DNA of 63,070 bases, filler included, from Collodictyon triciliatum (taxonomy: Eukaryota), in assembly GCA_043381765.1 (NCBI GenBank). It is 4 parts of 4 records of this genome, joined end to end, with 100 filler letters (N's around TTAATTAATTAA, not from the genome) between each part and the next. Parts side by side here need not be neighbours in the genome. Positions count along the whole stretch, not along the records: positions 30,069 to 48,059 come from JBHJMP010001754.1; positions 48,160 to 63,070 come from JBHJMP010001755.1; 2 more parts are not named here. The stretch is one strand, 5' to 3'. Positions 36,301 through 51,500 of the stretch are shown piece by piece. The translations under genes were made by a program, and so were the position numbers. The notes below the pieces were generated by a model that saw only the letters and a program-made list of their open reading frames with translations, was not told the origin of the DNA and did no database searches. Each line of letters starts with the position of its first letter. The stretch's first letter is position 1.

Positions 36301-36985
36301 CAATATCTTTTCACATTAATAAGGCGGCTTTGACGTGAACCCTTCAACAGCCAAGGGCATACCTGTTACCACTCCCAGGAGGAAGGACAAGTCCAAAGGA
36401 AAAGGTGTTTCCGAAAACACGCAACCAAACGTGATGCAGTTTATCCCTTCCGAACCCATCCCACTTCAAGAAGTCTTATCACCTAGTGGGGCATACGGCG
36501 AAGCTGAGCGCATCTCCGCGTCAATAAGCGGCTTGTGGAAACTTAAAGACAACGGGCTCAGTGATGTTGAAGTCGAGACTATTGCAGATGCTATTCGAAC
36601 ATTTGAAGAGCGGAGGGGACACGCACGTCCAAGTCCAACATCTTACCATCCGAAAGAAAACGGTTTGGTTACATTTTTTTCCACCTCCTTGGTTGTTCTT
36701 TCATGGTACCCTACTTTTTGTTTTTCTTTTAAATAATTAGCAAACAAGAACATATAAAAGTACCATTACGATTACGGCTTGTAATCGTTTCTAATGCTTG
36801 TTCCTTTTATACATCTTTGGTTGGTATTGAATCGGAAATCTCAATTTCAAACGTCTGGCTGCAAAACTAGGCGCAACGAGAAGAGGGTTAGTCTAAAATC
36901 CACCAGAAAGTTTGAAAAATTAGATACATCAAACAAATATTCTGATACTTAGTGCGATTCTGTGAGTGGTCAGCCCACTAGTAAA

Positions 36986-37033
<48 letters not shown>

Positions 37034-37043
37034 AAAAAAAAAA

Positions 37044-37095
<52 letters not shown>

Positions 37096-37390
37096 CAAAC
37101 ACACGCACATATATATGCATAACAGGTCTCTTTCCGCGGGGTCTCGTTCACCCAAGCAACCGGCTGCAAGTGGAGCGAAAGTAAAGAGTCGCCCGCCGTC
37201 TCCAGCAGACCAATTTCCCAATCGCACTGGCGAGTCTGCAAGACAGGGACATGGGTGGTTGAGGCCTTCTGCACAGATTAGCGTTGCATCAAAGGGCCCT
37301 CCTCCCCAGGGAAAGTCTACAGGCAGAGTAACCCCAGTTAAAGCGCGCTCAAAATCACCAACAGCTACTTTGACACCATGGAAATCGTAG
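30381..37390 (+). CDS. Large multi-exon coiled-coil protein with Ser/Pro-rich termini and a (QAHP)n repeat
   Basis: A run of phase-compatible GT-AG exons from MQNIQFSAES (30381) through heptad-rich exons (LQRELDLESRARFNAERQIGDLEIKY; LEQEIVKSRKLEDSL) to ...ATLTPWKS* (37390). No family recognised. Confidence 0.7.
35130..35413 (+). repeat. Coding 12-bp minisatellite (CAAGCACAYCCA)n encoding about 23 QAHP-like units
   Basis: The frame is fixed by the acceptor TATAG|CTT at 35123/35124 and by continuity with ORF 35538-35930. Confidence 0.85.
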
Positions 37391-38068
37391 TATCTGCAGC
37401 ACGTTTGTCTCCTGGTTTCGTGGATAGATGACTGAATTGAACCCCTCTCAAGCTTCATTTTCTTTGTAATTTTTTTTCGCTTGCCTGTTTGCATCAACCG
37501 TGTATACATACCATGCAAACTTCTGATGCCCACACTGAGAATCACCACATAAATGCTTTGGATAAAGACAGGCTTTGGTCAAACTCACAGCATTGTATCA
37601 CACTGGAGAGTCTATGTAAAGATTGTTATTCTTATGTCTATTCATCTATACCTAAACTCACCAAGCAACACTATCGAATCCACCATAAACTAATCATCAT
37701 AGCAATGTATATATATTAAAAATGATTATATTCCGATTCAAGAGTGCTTTCCCAATGGCATATGAGGATGAATGAAACCCGCTTGCTTATTTGAAAAGCT
37801 GAGGCAATTTATTCGAGCTATCACACGCACTTGTGAAATAAATGCCTATGGTTCGGTACTTTTAAAAACCTTGGATAATACAAAAGCACGATTATGGTCA
37901 GCCGAAGCGTCTCCTTAACCTAGCAGAGTGAATCGTATCAATCTAACTGACTAAGGTCAAATAAAGGGAGGCGAATGAATCGAGATTTAAGAAAAAGGAT
38001 TATCTTTACCCTTTTTTTCATTTTTGTTCCACCTTGTGTGTGTGTCCAGTCATTCGCCTTGGAATCGA

Positions 38069-40659
<2,591 letters not shown>

Positions 40660-41155
40660 GCCGCGCCAGAACTTCTCGCACACGCGCAGCCGTCCTCCTG
40701 TCCACGTGAGAGCTGTGAGTTCCCCGACAAACCCGCCCGCTCTGCGCCGATTGCCAGCAAAGGTCGTGGTGTCCGCTTCGGACGGATTATGGAGCTAGCC
40801 TTACTCCAGTTGCTAGAATTAGGGAATCTTGAACTCGGCTTCGCACAAACAGCCACTCGAATGATACATCTATCATATTATTATTTTGGAACGAAGAACA
40901 ATCTCCGAAAGGTATCAACATGAGGTCTCATAGAAAACATATATAAATATTAATAATATCCACAAATGGGACCAGTTCATATGCGTATTCATTTTTTTTT
41001 TTTTAGTTATTTGCCGTTCAAAGTTTGCACCACGCACGTCACTCGCGAAATAAAGACAACACAAGACAACAGAAAACAACCCAACGCAATACACTCTGAA
41101 TAGGGGCCGCAAAAGTCAAGTCAGTGTACACATACAGGACACAGTCCCCAGGGGC

Positions 41156-43337
41156 ATGGAGCAGCTTGAAAGCCCATCCAAGGTAGGTTTCAGCCCTGGG
41201 CGCCTGCGCATCGATCGGTTCTCAGCACGCTTCCACGACGAGGAGGTCGAGGCACTCTTTGGAAACTTTTCGTATCGAGACAGGCTGCGCTCCCTCAGGA
41301 TTGGGACTATCCTCTTTTCACTCTTTGTCTTGGTATTTTTCGTCGTTGAGATTCGAAATAACCCAGACCCACTTTTGATGGCACTGCGAACAATCCAGCT
41401 GTTTGTCGTCTCCTTGATCTAAGGCTTTAGCATACGCGAGTACCACCTGTTGAAAATTCATCCGGATGCCATGTCCAACCACAAGACGAATGCAGCATGG
41501 GCCCGAGCTTCATCTCGCACAGCTAATCGCGTTCTAGACCGGGTGGCCGTCTTCTCTGGCCTCTGGGGTTGGCTGGGTCTTATTCTGGCTCGTGTTATTG
41601 TTTCCAATTGGTCGGATATGCCCGTCGCACTTGCAATCTTTGCCTGGGGTTCACCCGTCGTCACACGCGCTCCGTTTCTCCCGTGCTTATTTATGCACGT
41701 CATCGGTTTCATCGTGTATATATTTTCAATTTATCTTTTTCGCCAAGTCCTCCTCCCCATATTTGCTTTGGGCATGCGACAAGAAAAAAATGGTTCTAAA
41801 ATATCTTTCCCTCGTGTACATTCTTCCCGCTTGTTGCAACTTCTATGACAGATACGGTGTATTGTGTTCGATGAATAATTCATTCTCTCAAACGGCCATG
41901 CACTTGAGCACCCTTTTTTGCGGGTCATCGAGCGGCATCTACTTGGCCTACGCTTCATCAGTTTATCGTCGTTTGCAGTTGAAGTCCATTCTCTGGTACT
42001 TTGGAGGTGAATGCATTTTGATTCTAGTTGTAAAAAATCTCATATGAAATACTTCGATGTCTACTTTTCCTTGAAATCTTACAAAGACTCGGGCCGCTTT
42101 ATAATTATTTCCTAGCTTTAACACAAAACAATACGTTCGATTTCTATCATTGTTCAGCAAACCAGTTACAGTCTTCCATACATACATTCATGAAAGACGA
42201 GTACATCCGTTTGAAATTAATCCTCAGTGAAACCACCCAAAGAGGAGTTTTTAAAGTAAAAGGCTGGGAGGAAAAATATGTTGACTTCTTTCACAACAAG
42301 TAAAAGCCTTTTTTTTTTATGATCAAATTCACACAATCAGGTATTATTCATATCGCCGATATACTTTTAATAAGGAGGCTACTTAAACCCACACAGATCG
42401 ATATTCTTTGTTCGGTTGACCATATTTCTAATGGTTCTATCAAATGGGTTGTTGTACATTCCCGATACCGATCTTGTTCAGGTATTTACAAATCATAACT
42501 TTCATTCTTTATGAATTTTTCTCTATAAATGATACATGTCAGTTTCTATGCGAATTTAAAATATGCACACCACCGATGTAATTATATTCCTTTGTTATTC
42601 TTTTCTTATTCGTTCCTGGTTCCGACATCTAAAATGTGTTTATTTTGAAGCACGAAAAAGTATTTGCCTTCACGATTCGGACCTACGCAGCCTTTCCATT
42701 GTGGATTGTTTGCTTACTTCTTACTATACCTGAGAAGTTAGCCTGCCATCGAACCTGGTTTATTACACTCTCTTCCATTCTCTCAATTACCTTGGAGTAC
42801 ATCGTGATGGCAAAATTAAGCAGTGATAGGGTTGACACGTATTTTATTATGATGTGGCGCATCATCGATGTCACTTGCACTTCGTTTTGCTTACCCCACC
42901 CAAAGGTTGCTCTTGTTATCGTGTGGACACTCTTGTGCACTTTAGCGATGTTAGTAATTGGGAACAAGTATTTTTACGACGCTTCAAATATGGTTCTTTA
43001 TGCGAGCTCTTTGTCGATCGGACTTTACCTGTCAAAACTTTCAGGAGATGATACCAGAATGGCCTTTCTGCAGTTTGCCCACCGCATTCAGAACTCATCT
43101 GATGGCCAGCCAGTTACCATATCCGAAAAATTGCAGTTGAGGGCTTCTTCGTTAAAAGAAATACAAGTATTCGGACATGCAGCTTCTGGAAATAGTGGTG
43201 AAATACACGCGAATGAAAATTCTCATCAAAGGGGCAACGCAACAGTTCCAGGCGGTGATAGTTTTCATCTTTTTCTCGAGGCACCGAACGAGGAAGATAA
43301 AAACGATGTCGGTGACTGCCAAATGCAAGTCATCTGA
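41156..43337 (+). CDS. Polytopic membrane protein with two adenylyl/guanylyl-cyclase-type 6TM modules and no catalytic domain; in-frame TAA at 41420-41422
   Basis: Module 1: RFSARFHDEEVEALF..RLRSLRIG...SSVYRRLQL. Module 2: GVFKVKGWEEKYVDFF..FFVRL...DDTRMAFLQ. Each has about six hydrophobic segments. ORFs 41156 and 41450 are in the same frame, separated by one TAA. Confidence 0.6.
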
Positions 43338-43379
43338 TTAATAGGTCTTGAACGTGTCCAATGGGCTCCAATTTATCGA

Positions 43380-43790
43380 AATAAAGAATAAAGACTAAAG
43401 ATTAAAGATTAAAGACTAAAGACTAAAGACTAAAGACTAAAGACTAAAGACTAAAGACTAAAGACTAAAGACTAAAGACTAAAGAATAAAGACTAAAGAA
43501 TAAAGAATAAAGAATAAAGAATAAAGAATAAAGAATAAAGAATAAAGAATAAAGAATAAAGAATAAAGAATAAAGAATAAAGAATAAAGAATAAAGAATA
43601 AAGAATAAAGAACAAAGAACAAAGAACAAAGAACAAAGAACAAAGAACAAAGAACAAAGAACAAAGAACAAAGAACAAAGAACAAAGACTAAAGACTAAA
43701 GACTAAAGACTAAAGACTAAAGACTAAAGACTAAAGACTAAAGACTAAAGACTAAAGACTAAAGACTAAAGACTAAAGACTAAAGACTAA
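43380..43790. repeat. Heptamer satellite in blocks of ACTAAAG / AATAAAG / AACAAAG / ACTAAAG
   Basis: Direct reading; about 58 units arranged in homogeneous variant blocks. Confidence 0.95.
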
Positions 43791-43887
43791 AAAGCAAAGG
43801 GGTACATTGTATACTGAATATATTATGCATAAGATAATTCACAACACATGAAATATAAAAAAATGAGATATTTTTGTTCCTCCAAAC

Positions 43888-46800
43888 CAACACTCCCATC
43901 TTTAAGGTATCTCCGAATTACAAATGGACATATTGGCTCACTCGATATTGGGCGTAAAAACAGTTTGTCCGTGGCAATCAAAGGAAAGTGGTAAAATTGA
44001 ACGGTAAAATAAATATTCTGTGGTACGATTCGATCTATGTAATTCAAACACCATATTAGTACATAAAAGAAATTCACAATGTATTGATCGCTTTCCCCCC
44101 ATATATTATACTCTATTTAGTTAAAATCCATTTTAACTTCAATATGATTAAAAAAGCACCTTCTATTGAGGCGGGCTCAAAAGCCATAAACTGGAAGACA
44201 ATTTCATTGATTTGCATGGCGTCGTGCTCCTCTAGTATGTGGTCGAATCGGGCTCTCTGCGCGTCAGTAATAATAGCGCTCACTTCAGCAGGTTTATTGT
44301 TTAAAGAATCAAGTATCTCAGCAAAACCAGATTGAAACAGCTTTGCCTTAGTAGCTCGAGAAAGCTCTTTTGTGTGCAAGGAAATAGGAGCGGAAGTCGT
44401 CGGTCCAATAACTTATGGTTTTTCTCATTAATAATATCACACATTGAATTATTAAATATCAGGCAGACAAAAATTATTCATGCAAAAGAACAAATACTTT
44501 ATGAGTTATCTGATCAAAAACCCATGGAACTAACACAACCAAAAAACATAAAAAACCAACGAAAACAAACCCGTTTCTTCAGATACAAATTTTGATTTTG
44601 ATTCCTTGACCTCTTCTTCTTCAGGAATAGATTCCTCTTTCTATTTGCATATAATGGTCACATACTTTTACGTGTTTCAAGTCAATTATGTTTCTGATAG
44701 ATACGCAATGATAATGTATACATCAGAGTAGGAATAAATCGTATACTAATAAAATGAAATTTATGAAGTAAACCACCCCTAGAATTAATAGAAGAGTTGC
44801 GGCGATGAATGTCTCATATGTCTGTTAGATGGCGGGAGCCCGAAAAATCGTAAAATAGGGACATACCTTTGGAGGTGGCTTCACAGCAGAGGGTTCTACA
44901 AACACAGACTCTGATATTTTTGAACTCACAGGAGATTGAGGTACGGGTGGAATAGCTGGTGTTTGGACTTTGGGGACATCTGGGGTGATTGGAGATACAA
45001 TCGGAAGCCTGGGCGATGATTGCACGCTTTCTGATGGAACTTTGATAGGCTGCGTAATCGGCGATGTCAAAGTTCCGGCGTCGGCGACTACACAAACACA
45101 TCAAAGATTACAGGATATTTATTGCCACTGGTAGGGTATGGTCTTGACAGTACAAAAAAAGATAACAAAAGATAACAAAAGATAACAAAAGATAACAAAA
45201 GATAACAAAAGATAACAAAAGATAACAAAAGATAACAAAAGATAACAAAAGATAACAAAAGATAACAAAAGATAACAAAAGATAACAAAAGATAACAAAA
45301 GATAACAAAAGATAACAAAAGATAACAAAAGATAACAAAAGATAACAAAAGATGAGGTGATAATTTTGTAAGTACAATTATGATGATAGATAATCTTAAA
45401 AGACTAACGTGACGAGGTAAAAGCTTTCTTAGGGATGGAGTTGACATCCACATTAAATGAAACGTACATCTCTGGAGAGAATCTATTCAAAGGAAGAAGA
45501 TAAATTAAATAAAATTATCTACACAAACGACCGCAAAAAGCATCTGATAGTTTGAGGTATAAATATTTGGAAGGGCGCTGCGTTCAACTTATGCAGGAAG
45601 GAAAACTCATACCTATCACGATCGACTGAAAACATGTTTTTGCATTCAAATGAACGGTTTGGTCCCACAATCAGGAGGACATCCTGCTTTGGGTTGTGTT
45701 TATACTGCTGGAATATCGGCACATGTGCATTCCATCCAATGGGGATTGTTTTTTCAGAATAAGTCACGGTTGCTTGCGTTGGTGTTGACTTTTGCCGAGA
45801 ATCACGGCTCTGAGACCGGTTTGGGATACGGACTTCCAGTTCATACCAAATCATATGTCAGTACCATATTCAATAAATAATGGGGAAAAACCAAGCCATT
45901 TATTATATGGGATAATTATCATAAAAACATCATGGAAATAAGTAAAAAAAAAAGCAAAAAAAAATTAATTATCGAACATTTATTTGAAAGTATAATAGAT
46001 GATGTTGTAAAAGGTGAAACAACGGAAGTGCGACTCCCAACTTCATGTCCCTCTTTACCTATGTATTCTACTTGAAATATGATGGCACAATCCGCGTTGT
46101 ATACCACCGACCCGATTTCTAGAATTCCATCAAAGTAAAGCCTTCCTTTGGACTCGCGTAATTGGATAGACGTGGGTTTCCAGAGAAACGTTCTTCCATT
46201 GTGGAAACCAATACGCAGAGTTCGAGTTTCAATTTTCGTTTGGAGACCGTCGGGTAATTGCAAATCTTAACATAGAAAGCGAGTAAATTTAGCAAATACC
46301 GTAAATTAATATACACCCATGAAATCAGGATAGGTATAATTTATTTCGATTTTTTTTTTTAAAAAAAAAAGCAAGAGAAACAGGAAAAAAAAAGTATTTG
46401 AAAGCCATTACCATTTTCTTCCATTCGAATCTTTTCCATTGTTTCAATAAAATGCTCGTCAAAGTTGTTCACCAGATGCACGCGTATTTTTTCCAATCGA
46501 AGCTTGGAGCTATATTCTAGTTGTGGCCATTCGTTCATCGGGGTTCCACGCTTATTGGGCTGTGGAAAAACACCGCCGATTCGGTCTGTAAAGCCTACTA
46601 TTTCATTTTCTCGGAGGCAGTGCTGAATTCTAAATCAATCCAGGGCAAAAAATGATAAGTTTTTTCCCCCTGAGGTCAGCAAATAAAATTGATATTTTTT
46701 CAAGAAAGTTTTCTGGTATTCTCTGGGTAATTACGCTGATAGCCGCGAAAATGTCATCATAGATACGTTGACAGACGAATTAGCCAGAGCCACATAATTC

Positions 46801-47779
46801 TTTTCTACACCGAATTCAGGAAAATGAGTGTATAAAAAAATATTCCAAGGACGCTCGACATAGTATACAATAAAGTATCTCTACTGAAAATCAGGATATA
46901 CCAAAAATAAAATAACAAAATGAATTGCCTTTTTTTTTTTTGTTTTTTTGTTACAAACACAAACCGATGGGCCCGCTAGTGATGAGCAGAGCTCGTGGTG
47001 TTCCACGATGAAAAGGAACTTTTGTCGGTCTCACAGAATGCTTCAAAGAGGGAGAGTCAACAAATCGATGCGTGTTGACAAGGCAGGGAACGTGACCCCA
47101 GCCGACAGAGTGGCTCGATTGGACGAAGCGGTCTTTTCCATAGAGCTTTACCACTACGAAAAAGCAGGTATAATGCAGGAAAATATGTGGAAGAAAATGG
47201 GCGATGGTTACTGGATAAAGTGGTGTTGGCCATGGAAAATACTACGTAATAATGAAAAGGAGAAAATTAAGAAATATGAAAGAAATTGATTTTTTTGAGA
47301 AATAGTTCACGTAAAAATATACAAAAGAAATGAACACATACCACAGAAAAGGAGGTGATAGTTACAGGGTGAAACGTACATATATGTATTTGAAAAAAAG
47401 AGAAAATAACCTTGAATGAACATTTCGGCGATAAGCATGCACGACCCATCCACTTTGGACGAAAAGAAAAAAGCATATTGGTCTATTGGGACGTCTGCAT
47501 ATACATTTTCTGGCATATCAGAGACAGTTGCGTCCACTTTTGACTTTGGCTTCGGAACAGCAACCGGTTCCGAGCGCCAAATATTGCTGATGAAGCGCCT
47601 CTTTTCCTGCAAACCATATTTTCAAGAAAATGATTTCATAAAGGAGACGATGTGTTACAAAATCAAAGGAAAATTAGTATAAAAAAGGAGAGTTTGCGAA
47701 TAATCTGAATTAGAATTACAGTGGAGAAAATCGATAAAGACAGTCCAGCATACAAGAAATATTCATCACCACACGTAAA
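43888..47779 (-). CDS. NPHP4: Nephrocystin-4, N-terminal half only
   Basis: Exons give RRFISNIWRS, SVGWGHVP, FHRGTPRALL, RIGFHNGRTFL, AIIFQVEY, IPIGW, EEHDAMQINEIVFQFMAF and PQNIYFTVQFYHFP, the NPHP4 motifs in the correct order. The 5' end is lost at the contig end and the 3' half is absent. Confidence 0.88.
45161..45353. repeat. (GATAACAAAA)n intronic decamer repeat, about 19 perfect units
   Basis: Direct reading; lies inside an NPHP4 intron. Confidence 0.95.
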
Positions 47780-48059
47780 CTGTAGAGATGTACTGATTAG
47801 CTATGATGGTGTCAGCCAGCCAACAAACTTCATGAAATACACGAGTATCATGACTTTTGATCATATTTAGCGAATTAGAATATGAAATATAATGAAATAT
47901 AACAAAGCCCATTAAGGTCCATTAAGACTCAACAAAAACCAACAAAAACCAACAAAAACCAACAAAAACCAATAAAAAAACCAATAAAAAAACCAATAAA
48001 AAAACCAATAAAAAAACCAATAAAAAAACCAATAAAAAAACCAATAAAAAACCAATAAA

Positions 48060-48159
48060 NNNNNNNNNNNNNNNNNNNNNNNNNNNNNNNNNNNNNNNNN
48101 NNNTTAATTAATTAANNNNNNNNNNNNNNNNNNNNNNNNNNNNNNNNNNNNNNNNNNNN
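48060..48159. other. Artificial contig spacer (44 N + TTAATTAATTAA + 44 N)
   Basis: Same 100-nt structure as the other two spacers. Confidence 0.97.
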
Positions 48160-49035
48160 AGCTCCAAAGGGAATCTCGCCACTGGAGAGTACACAACAAA
48201 GGCTATTCAGATGGCCAAAGAGAACAAGGACTTTGTTGTCGGGTTTATCTCGATGGGGCAACTGAGCGCATTGGCCGATGAGCCCACCTTCGTTTATATG
48301 GTAGTTTGAACGAAAAAGGAAAGGATAAATAGAAAGGACATCATGTGAATAATGAAAACCCTCTATTTAATGCTTAGCTATGATGTCATCATATTTTTCG
48401 TCTCAATACATATCCCTTGTTGTATTATTTTTATTTACCAGTTCTATGTATATACCACGTAACATAGACTCCAGGAGTCAGTCTGTCATCCATGGGCGAT
48501 GCCTTGGGGCAGCAGGTTTTTTATTTTTTATTCTCTTCATTCACTATGAATCCTATATCAACTCTATGTTTACATTTACACATATTTTTTTGTTTGTTCT
48601 TTTGGAAAAGATAATCATATATAATGTGTGTAACCGATTGAAGCAGTAATCAATGACCTGATATATGTTATCACTCTCATTAGTACAATACACCCGAGTC
48701 TGTCATCTTTGAGCGCAAATCCGATGTCATAATTGTGGGACGCGGAGTATACACCGCTGCCGACCCAAAGGTTTAAATCGCGACACTTACCTTCTACAAT
48801 ACCAGACATGTTACCATTTGTTTGATAAAGTTGACTGGCTTTCTTCAATTAATGGGGGGAATGAGAATGAAATTGAAATAGAGATAATGTTGGAAATGGA
48901 GACTTTGCTGGTTGTAATATATTTAGCGTATATCGCCTCCCATTGCTCACAATGACATTATCTCTCGTACAGGCTGAAGTGAAGCGCTATCGTGAGGCTG
49001 GGTGGGCTGCTTACGAGAAACGTCTCTCTCAATGA
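48160..49035 (+). CDS. UMPS: Orotidine-5'-phosphate decarboxylase domain (UMPS or stand-alone URA3), 3' part
   Basis: Four exons: [31 protein letters not shown]...[67 protein letters not shown]. The 5' part is missing, so fusion to OPRT cannot be judged. Confidence 0.93.
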
Positions 49036-49353
49036 AACAAAAAATAAATCAAGCACGCATAACCACACGCGATGTACCAGGCTTTTCTTTTTTACTTGAC
49101 CACAACAGAACCATATCTCGAAACAAGTCACCCTGTGAACAGACAATAATGCGATTGGTCTCCCAACAAATGAATATTGGGTGGTGGATAAGAGAAAGGG
49201 AAATATGATATTAATGGAATGCATCGAGTATGGAAGTCATGGTTATATCGAACTTGTTTAGATTATATTTTTTTTATTTGCATTAACGCCATCACTGTTT
49301 TCTTCAGAGAAAAGTTGAAGACAGTCGACATAGATACAGGAACGTATAAGCAT

Positions 49354-50323
49354 TCATGTCTTGCGACGAGTGAGATGGTCGTAAATCACAACTTGGACGT
49401 ATTCGTGCGTGCGAATCTCTACACGCCGAGTGTTGTCGCCTGGGTTTTCCTATGCATCAAAATCACAATCACGATCATGATCATTCAAAAAAAAAAAAAA
49501 AAGGTTTAGTGACATGCGTCTCAAGAACGAAACACACCTTTGGATCCACGTTGATGATCTTTCGATCGCGCTTGTTTTTGAACAAAAGGCCGCTTTCGTT
49601 GTCTGTCATGACCTGGAAGTTTGGTGTGGAGTTTGAGGTGGATGTTTGCGTCTCCCAGTTGTAGAAGCTCAGATCGCTTGGCTTGGGGAGAATCTTGCGC
49701 TTGTGCTCAAAGTACGGCTCAAAGTTTTCTGTCTTGAGGCGATGCGCATAGTCGATGTATCCGCTGATCTCCTGGCCTTTTGCGTTGTGATCGCGGATGA
49801 AGATGATCGACTGGTGAGCAGATCAGGTCAGGTCAGGTCAGGTTCACAATGAAAACAATCAGTAAAAAAAAAAAAAAAAGTAAAAAGTATTGTCGACAAA
49901 ATGGTATCATTAAATCAGTAGAAAAAAAACTACATAAAAAAAACAAGAATGAAAAGGTAAGTCGTCTCAGTGTACCGTGAGTTTTCCTGAGCGGACCATA
50001 TCCTCCCGATCGGCCAGGGCCTTGAGAAAGGGGAACTCGTCGAGATTCTTGTTTTCGGAGGCAAGCTTCTTGTTTTCACGACGAAGCTTGCTGAGACGGG
50101 CTTCTTCGGCTGCCTTCTTCTGGGCCTCAAACTCCTCGCGCTTCAGCGTTTCGCCGCTCCCACGATAGCCCAGCTCCACAAGCTGGCGTGCAAGATCCTC
50201 GTCCTCCAAGTAGTAGAGATCGGTCGGGGAGATTTGGGAGTCGAGATACTCCTCATAGGTGGCAAACTCCAAGGCCACGCTTTCTGCTCCTGTTTGGAGG
50301 TCGGGATTGTCTTCGTCGGCCAT
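49354..50323 (-). CDS. CFAP299: Cilia- and flagella-associated protein 299 (C4orf22/DUF4464)
   Basis: Three exons: [36 protein letters not shown]...[30 protein letters not shown]...[27 protein letters not shown]...YDHLTRRKT*. Confidence 0.96.
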
Positions 50324-50932
50324 TGGAATATTTGATGGCGCAGCTGCTTTGGCGAGGTTTGCAGAGTCTCTGCTTGGTTCTGGTCTTCTGATTTGTGTTC
50401 TTTCCGTCTGCTTTGTCGCGGTCGCGTCTGTTTCTTGGTGTGTTGATTTGATTGACGGTTATGATCGCTGCGGATGACGGCCATTTTCGGTTGGGAAATC
50501 CGTTGAAAATTCCATATGTGGATATTATGTTTATTAAGATAAACATCGTTCGTTTGTGGCTTGCAGACTTTCGCACTGCTTAAAACGTGGAGTGCATATA
50601 TGCCTGGATGATTGAGAGGCCGACATACTGCTGAAATCACGGGATGCCGTGATGGGGCTTGGTAACGACATCCAAGAGATTCAGATTTCTGGAGGTGCCT
50701 TTAGTATGTTCGGATTAGCTTCATTTCCCTCGTTTGGATAAGCGAGATGTAACACTGATGGAAAAAACTAATGGGATAAAATAGTACAAAAATCGCAAAA
50801 ACTTTAAAAATTAACAACATCAACAACAGCAATATAAAACAACAATAAAAAACAGCAAAAAAACAGCAATAAAAAACAGCAATAAAAAACAGCAATAAAA
50901 AACAGCAATAAAACAACAACAACAACAACAAC

Positions 50933-50991
<59 letters not shown>

Positions 50992-51004
50992 TAATAATAA
51001 TAAC

Positions 51005-51099
<95 letters not shown>

Positions 51100-51500
51100 T
51101 AATATAGAAAGCCTTATCAATTATAACCTATGTAAGATTGAGAGGTACTAACACAGAAAAGAAAGAGATTAGCAAGGTGTGAGGGCGGAAAGCGTAAAAT
51201 TGTTAAGGGTTTAAAAAATTGTGCGGTTGCTAGAGAGTTGGTTGATTTCACTTGTTATAGTGGATTTCGTGTTGTCTAACCAACAAAATTATGCTCATAA
51301 ATAATTTGCCTACATTCGCATCATAGTTTTTCACAGAAATCGTCTAGAAGACGGAGTATTAATGTATAATTTTACTATTGTGAAAAAAGCGGATGTACCA
51401 GATATGTCATTAACAACTAATTTAAAGGATTATATATCGATGACTATAATTTTCGAAATACGCAGAGTCGAATCCGATCTTGGTTTTTTTTTTAAAATGT

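Noticed and set aside
45161-45353. Regular repeat arrays resembling CRISPR or telomeric repeats
   Set aside because: These are head-to-tail perfect units without spacers, intronic, in a eukaryotic context with no cas genes, and not at a chromosome end.
43888-50323. Apparent ciliary gene cluster (NPHP4 near CFAP299; LRRIQ3 elsewhere in the window)
   Set aside because: The genes lie on different contigs separated by artificial spacers.
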